A stretch of DNA of 38,583 nt, taken from an uncultured Pseudomonadota bacterium (lineage in GTDB: Bacteria; SAR324; NAC60-12). The notes below the pieces were generated by a model, which worked only from the letters and a program-made list of their open reading frames with translations, had not been told where the DNA came from and searched no databases. The stretch covers positions 1 to 38,583 of the forward strand of contig CAJWCD010000013.1 of assembly GCA_913020725.1 (NCBI GenBank), written 5' to 3'. The position numbers and the translations under genes were made by a program. Below, in pieces: positions 37,118 to 38,583 of the stretch (position 1 is its first letter; each line of letters begins with the position of its first letter).

Positions 37118-37423
37118 TTATGAGATCGGTTGAACAGGATCAAGAAAATGCTGTTCCAGTCCTACAAGATTAAGAAGATCAAGAAGATTTTCTTTCAAAT
37201 GAACGAACTCTAGGTTTTTATTATTTTTTAGAAGATTTCGTTTTAAGCACAAAAAATACTGTAACACCGCAGTGTCCAATGAGGTCACTTCTTGCATATC
37301 AAACTGGAGATGCGTGCCGAGTGAGTCAAGTTCAGATTCAAGTACCTCTTTGATCTCAGTAATGTTTTCTAGGGAGAGCGATTCCTTGAAAAAGATTATG
37401 TTTTCATTGATGGTGTATTTCAT
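37118..37423 (-). CDS. STAS domain protein
   Basis: 101 aa; [19 protein letters not shown]...LLNLVGL STAS pattern, typical first gene of F7/F8-type che clusters. Confidence 0.85.
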   Translation of the reverse strand: MKYTINENIIFFKESLSLENITEIKEVLESELDSLGTHLQFDMQEVTSLDTAVLQYFLCLKRNLLKNNKNLEFVHLKENLLDLLNLVGLEQHFLDPVQPIS

Positions 37424-37618
37424 AACTCGGATGTCTTATCTCAAGATCAGGCTTCAATGCAGTTGCTGGTCTGATGTTGTGATCCCCTTCGCTCCTGTCT
37501 AAGCACCTGAACAAAAATTCCCTGACCATTCAACAGGTTGGGCGAAGGCCGTGAAGATCGTGCCCAACATCAGGTTCCCAGAGCGTTGGGTGTACTGCAT
37601 CACCCATAATGGATCCCA

Positions 37619-37647
37619 AGGGTAAAGCCATCAAGCACGGATGTCAA
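37619..37647 (-). promoter_or_regulatory. Putative sigma70 promoter of the chemosensory operon
   Basis: Minus strand TTGACA (37647-37642), 17-nt spacer, TACCCT (37624-37619). Confidence 0.55.
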
Positions 37648-37733
37648 GCCGGTGCGCTTTCCCTTTGGGGTGGAGTGCCCTAGGATGGGGCCGTCCGCCT
37701 AATCAACGGTTTCCTCTTCTTTGAATGCTCCGC

Positions 37734-38489
37734 ATGGTTCCTTGGTGCCGCTGGTTCGGTTTGTTGCTCGAAGACTTCTTCACCGGGACCGCCTACGGGG
37801 TGCGACTGGAGGAGGAGCTTTCGCTCAAGCGGCAGTTCCTCGACGTGCTGATCCTGCGCTGGGGGGATGGCCCGGAGCCGGAGTCGCTGCCCGACGGTCT
37901 AGAGGGGCTGGGCGAGCACAACCTCGTCACCTCAAGTCCTCGGCAGAATCCCTGGACTCGTGGGCGCTGGACGAGTTGTTCGGGCACTACGTCAACTACC
38001 ACAAGCAACTCCGGGAGCAGAACGTTGATGCCCTGGAGTCAGCGTTCCGGTTCTACGCGGTCAGCCCCACCACCCGCGCAGCCTGTTCCAACAGGTGACG
38101 GCGGAATAAAAAAGCGCGGGTGCGTTCGACATTCTTTGAGGCACGCACCGGGTGCGGCTGGTCGTGCTGCGCGACATCCCGGACGCCCGCACAACGTGCC
38201 GTGGCAGATCTTCAGCGACGAGTCCCGCTGCGTCGAGTCCGGGCTGCAATGCTACGACTGGCACCAGGAGGAGGCCCGGAGCCTGATCAACCAGTTCGCC
38301 CAACACTACCACTTTGAAGGAGCACTCATGGCCTCACGCTGCACGACTTTGCCCTCGACTTCACGAAGGAACACCTCCACGAACTACCCCCCGGAGGTGC
38401 TGCGCAACGCCCTGCCTCCGGAGGAACGTCTCAAGGGACTCACCCCGAAGAAATCCTCGAGGGGCTGGAAATCGAAGAGGTTGCCGTGA
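37734..38489 (+). pseudogene. Degraded Rpn-like/PD-(D/E)XK-type multicopy family protein
   Basis: FGLLLEDFFTG..Y.V.LE.ELSLKRQFLDVLILR, LPDGL..L.EHNLVT/KS, WALDELFGHYVNY.K, HNVPWQIFS, PEERLKGL; several frameshifts and in-frame TAA/TGA stops. Confidence 0.7.
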
Positions 38490-38583
38490 CGGGACTTATG
38501 AAGCTCGTCAATCAGGCTCTCGCTCTGTTCGCGGGCCGTGTTGAGCAGCTTCGTATCCGTCGGATAAGGAATGTCAGCCGGGG
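38485..38583 (-). mobile_element. IS5-family transposase fragment (continues beyond the window)
   Basis: Minus strand from 38581 reads PADIPYPTDTKLLNTAREQSESLIDELH, matching the recalled IS5-family motif DAT..PADI.YPTD..LLN.ARE..E..ID.L. Confidence 0.75.

Noticed and set aside
37430..37615. c-di-GMP-I (GEMM) riboswitch in the che leader
   Set aside because: The conserved GGCAAAC/GAAA tetraloop/GCAAAGC elements were not found on the transcribed strand.

Overview
Bacterial chromosomal segment of moderately high GC content. Gene style suggests a deltaproteobacterial/SAR324-like organism (inference only). In order: decayed gene remnants (an EamA transporter and a ChiS-type DNA-binding domain), secG, tpiA, chorismate mutase, FKBP, DMT, nnr, a GMP-only manC, then a heme-copper oxidase operon (ctaB, a 34-aa sORF, coxII, coxI, coxIII, coxIV, coxIII', a CxxC sORF) running on into an L,D-transpeptidase, an orphan gene and miaB. 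Next come housekeeping genes (acyltransferase, ogt, MBL hydrolase, topA, FAD oxidoreductase, frameshifted DUF1640, clpP), an aapJQMP amino-acid ABC transporter, and a chemosensory operon (STAS, MCP, cheR, REC-adenylate cyclase, cheA, cheW, cheB). The window ends in an Rpn-like pseudogene fused to an IS5 transposase fragment. Two candidate novel systems stand out. (1) A chemosensory operon with no stand-alone CheY, where a receiver-class III adenylate cyclase sits in the CheY slot coupled to cheA; its chemoreceptor has symmetric 22-residue insertions and an unrecognised sensor domain. (2) An A1-motif oxidase that keeps the D-channel but has lost the canonical K-channel residues in both subunits I and II, flanked by two unannotated small membrane proteins. 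All family assignments come from motifs read by eye and reference sequences recalled from memory; no searches were run.
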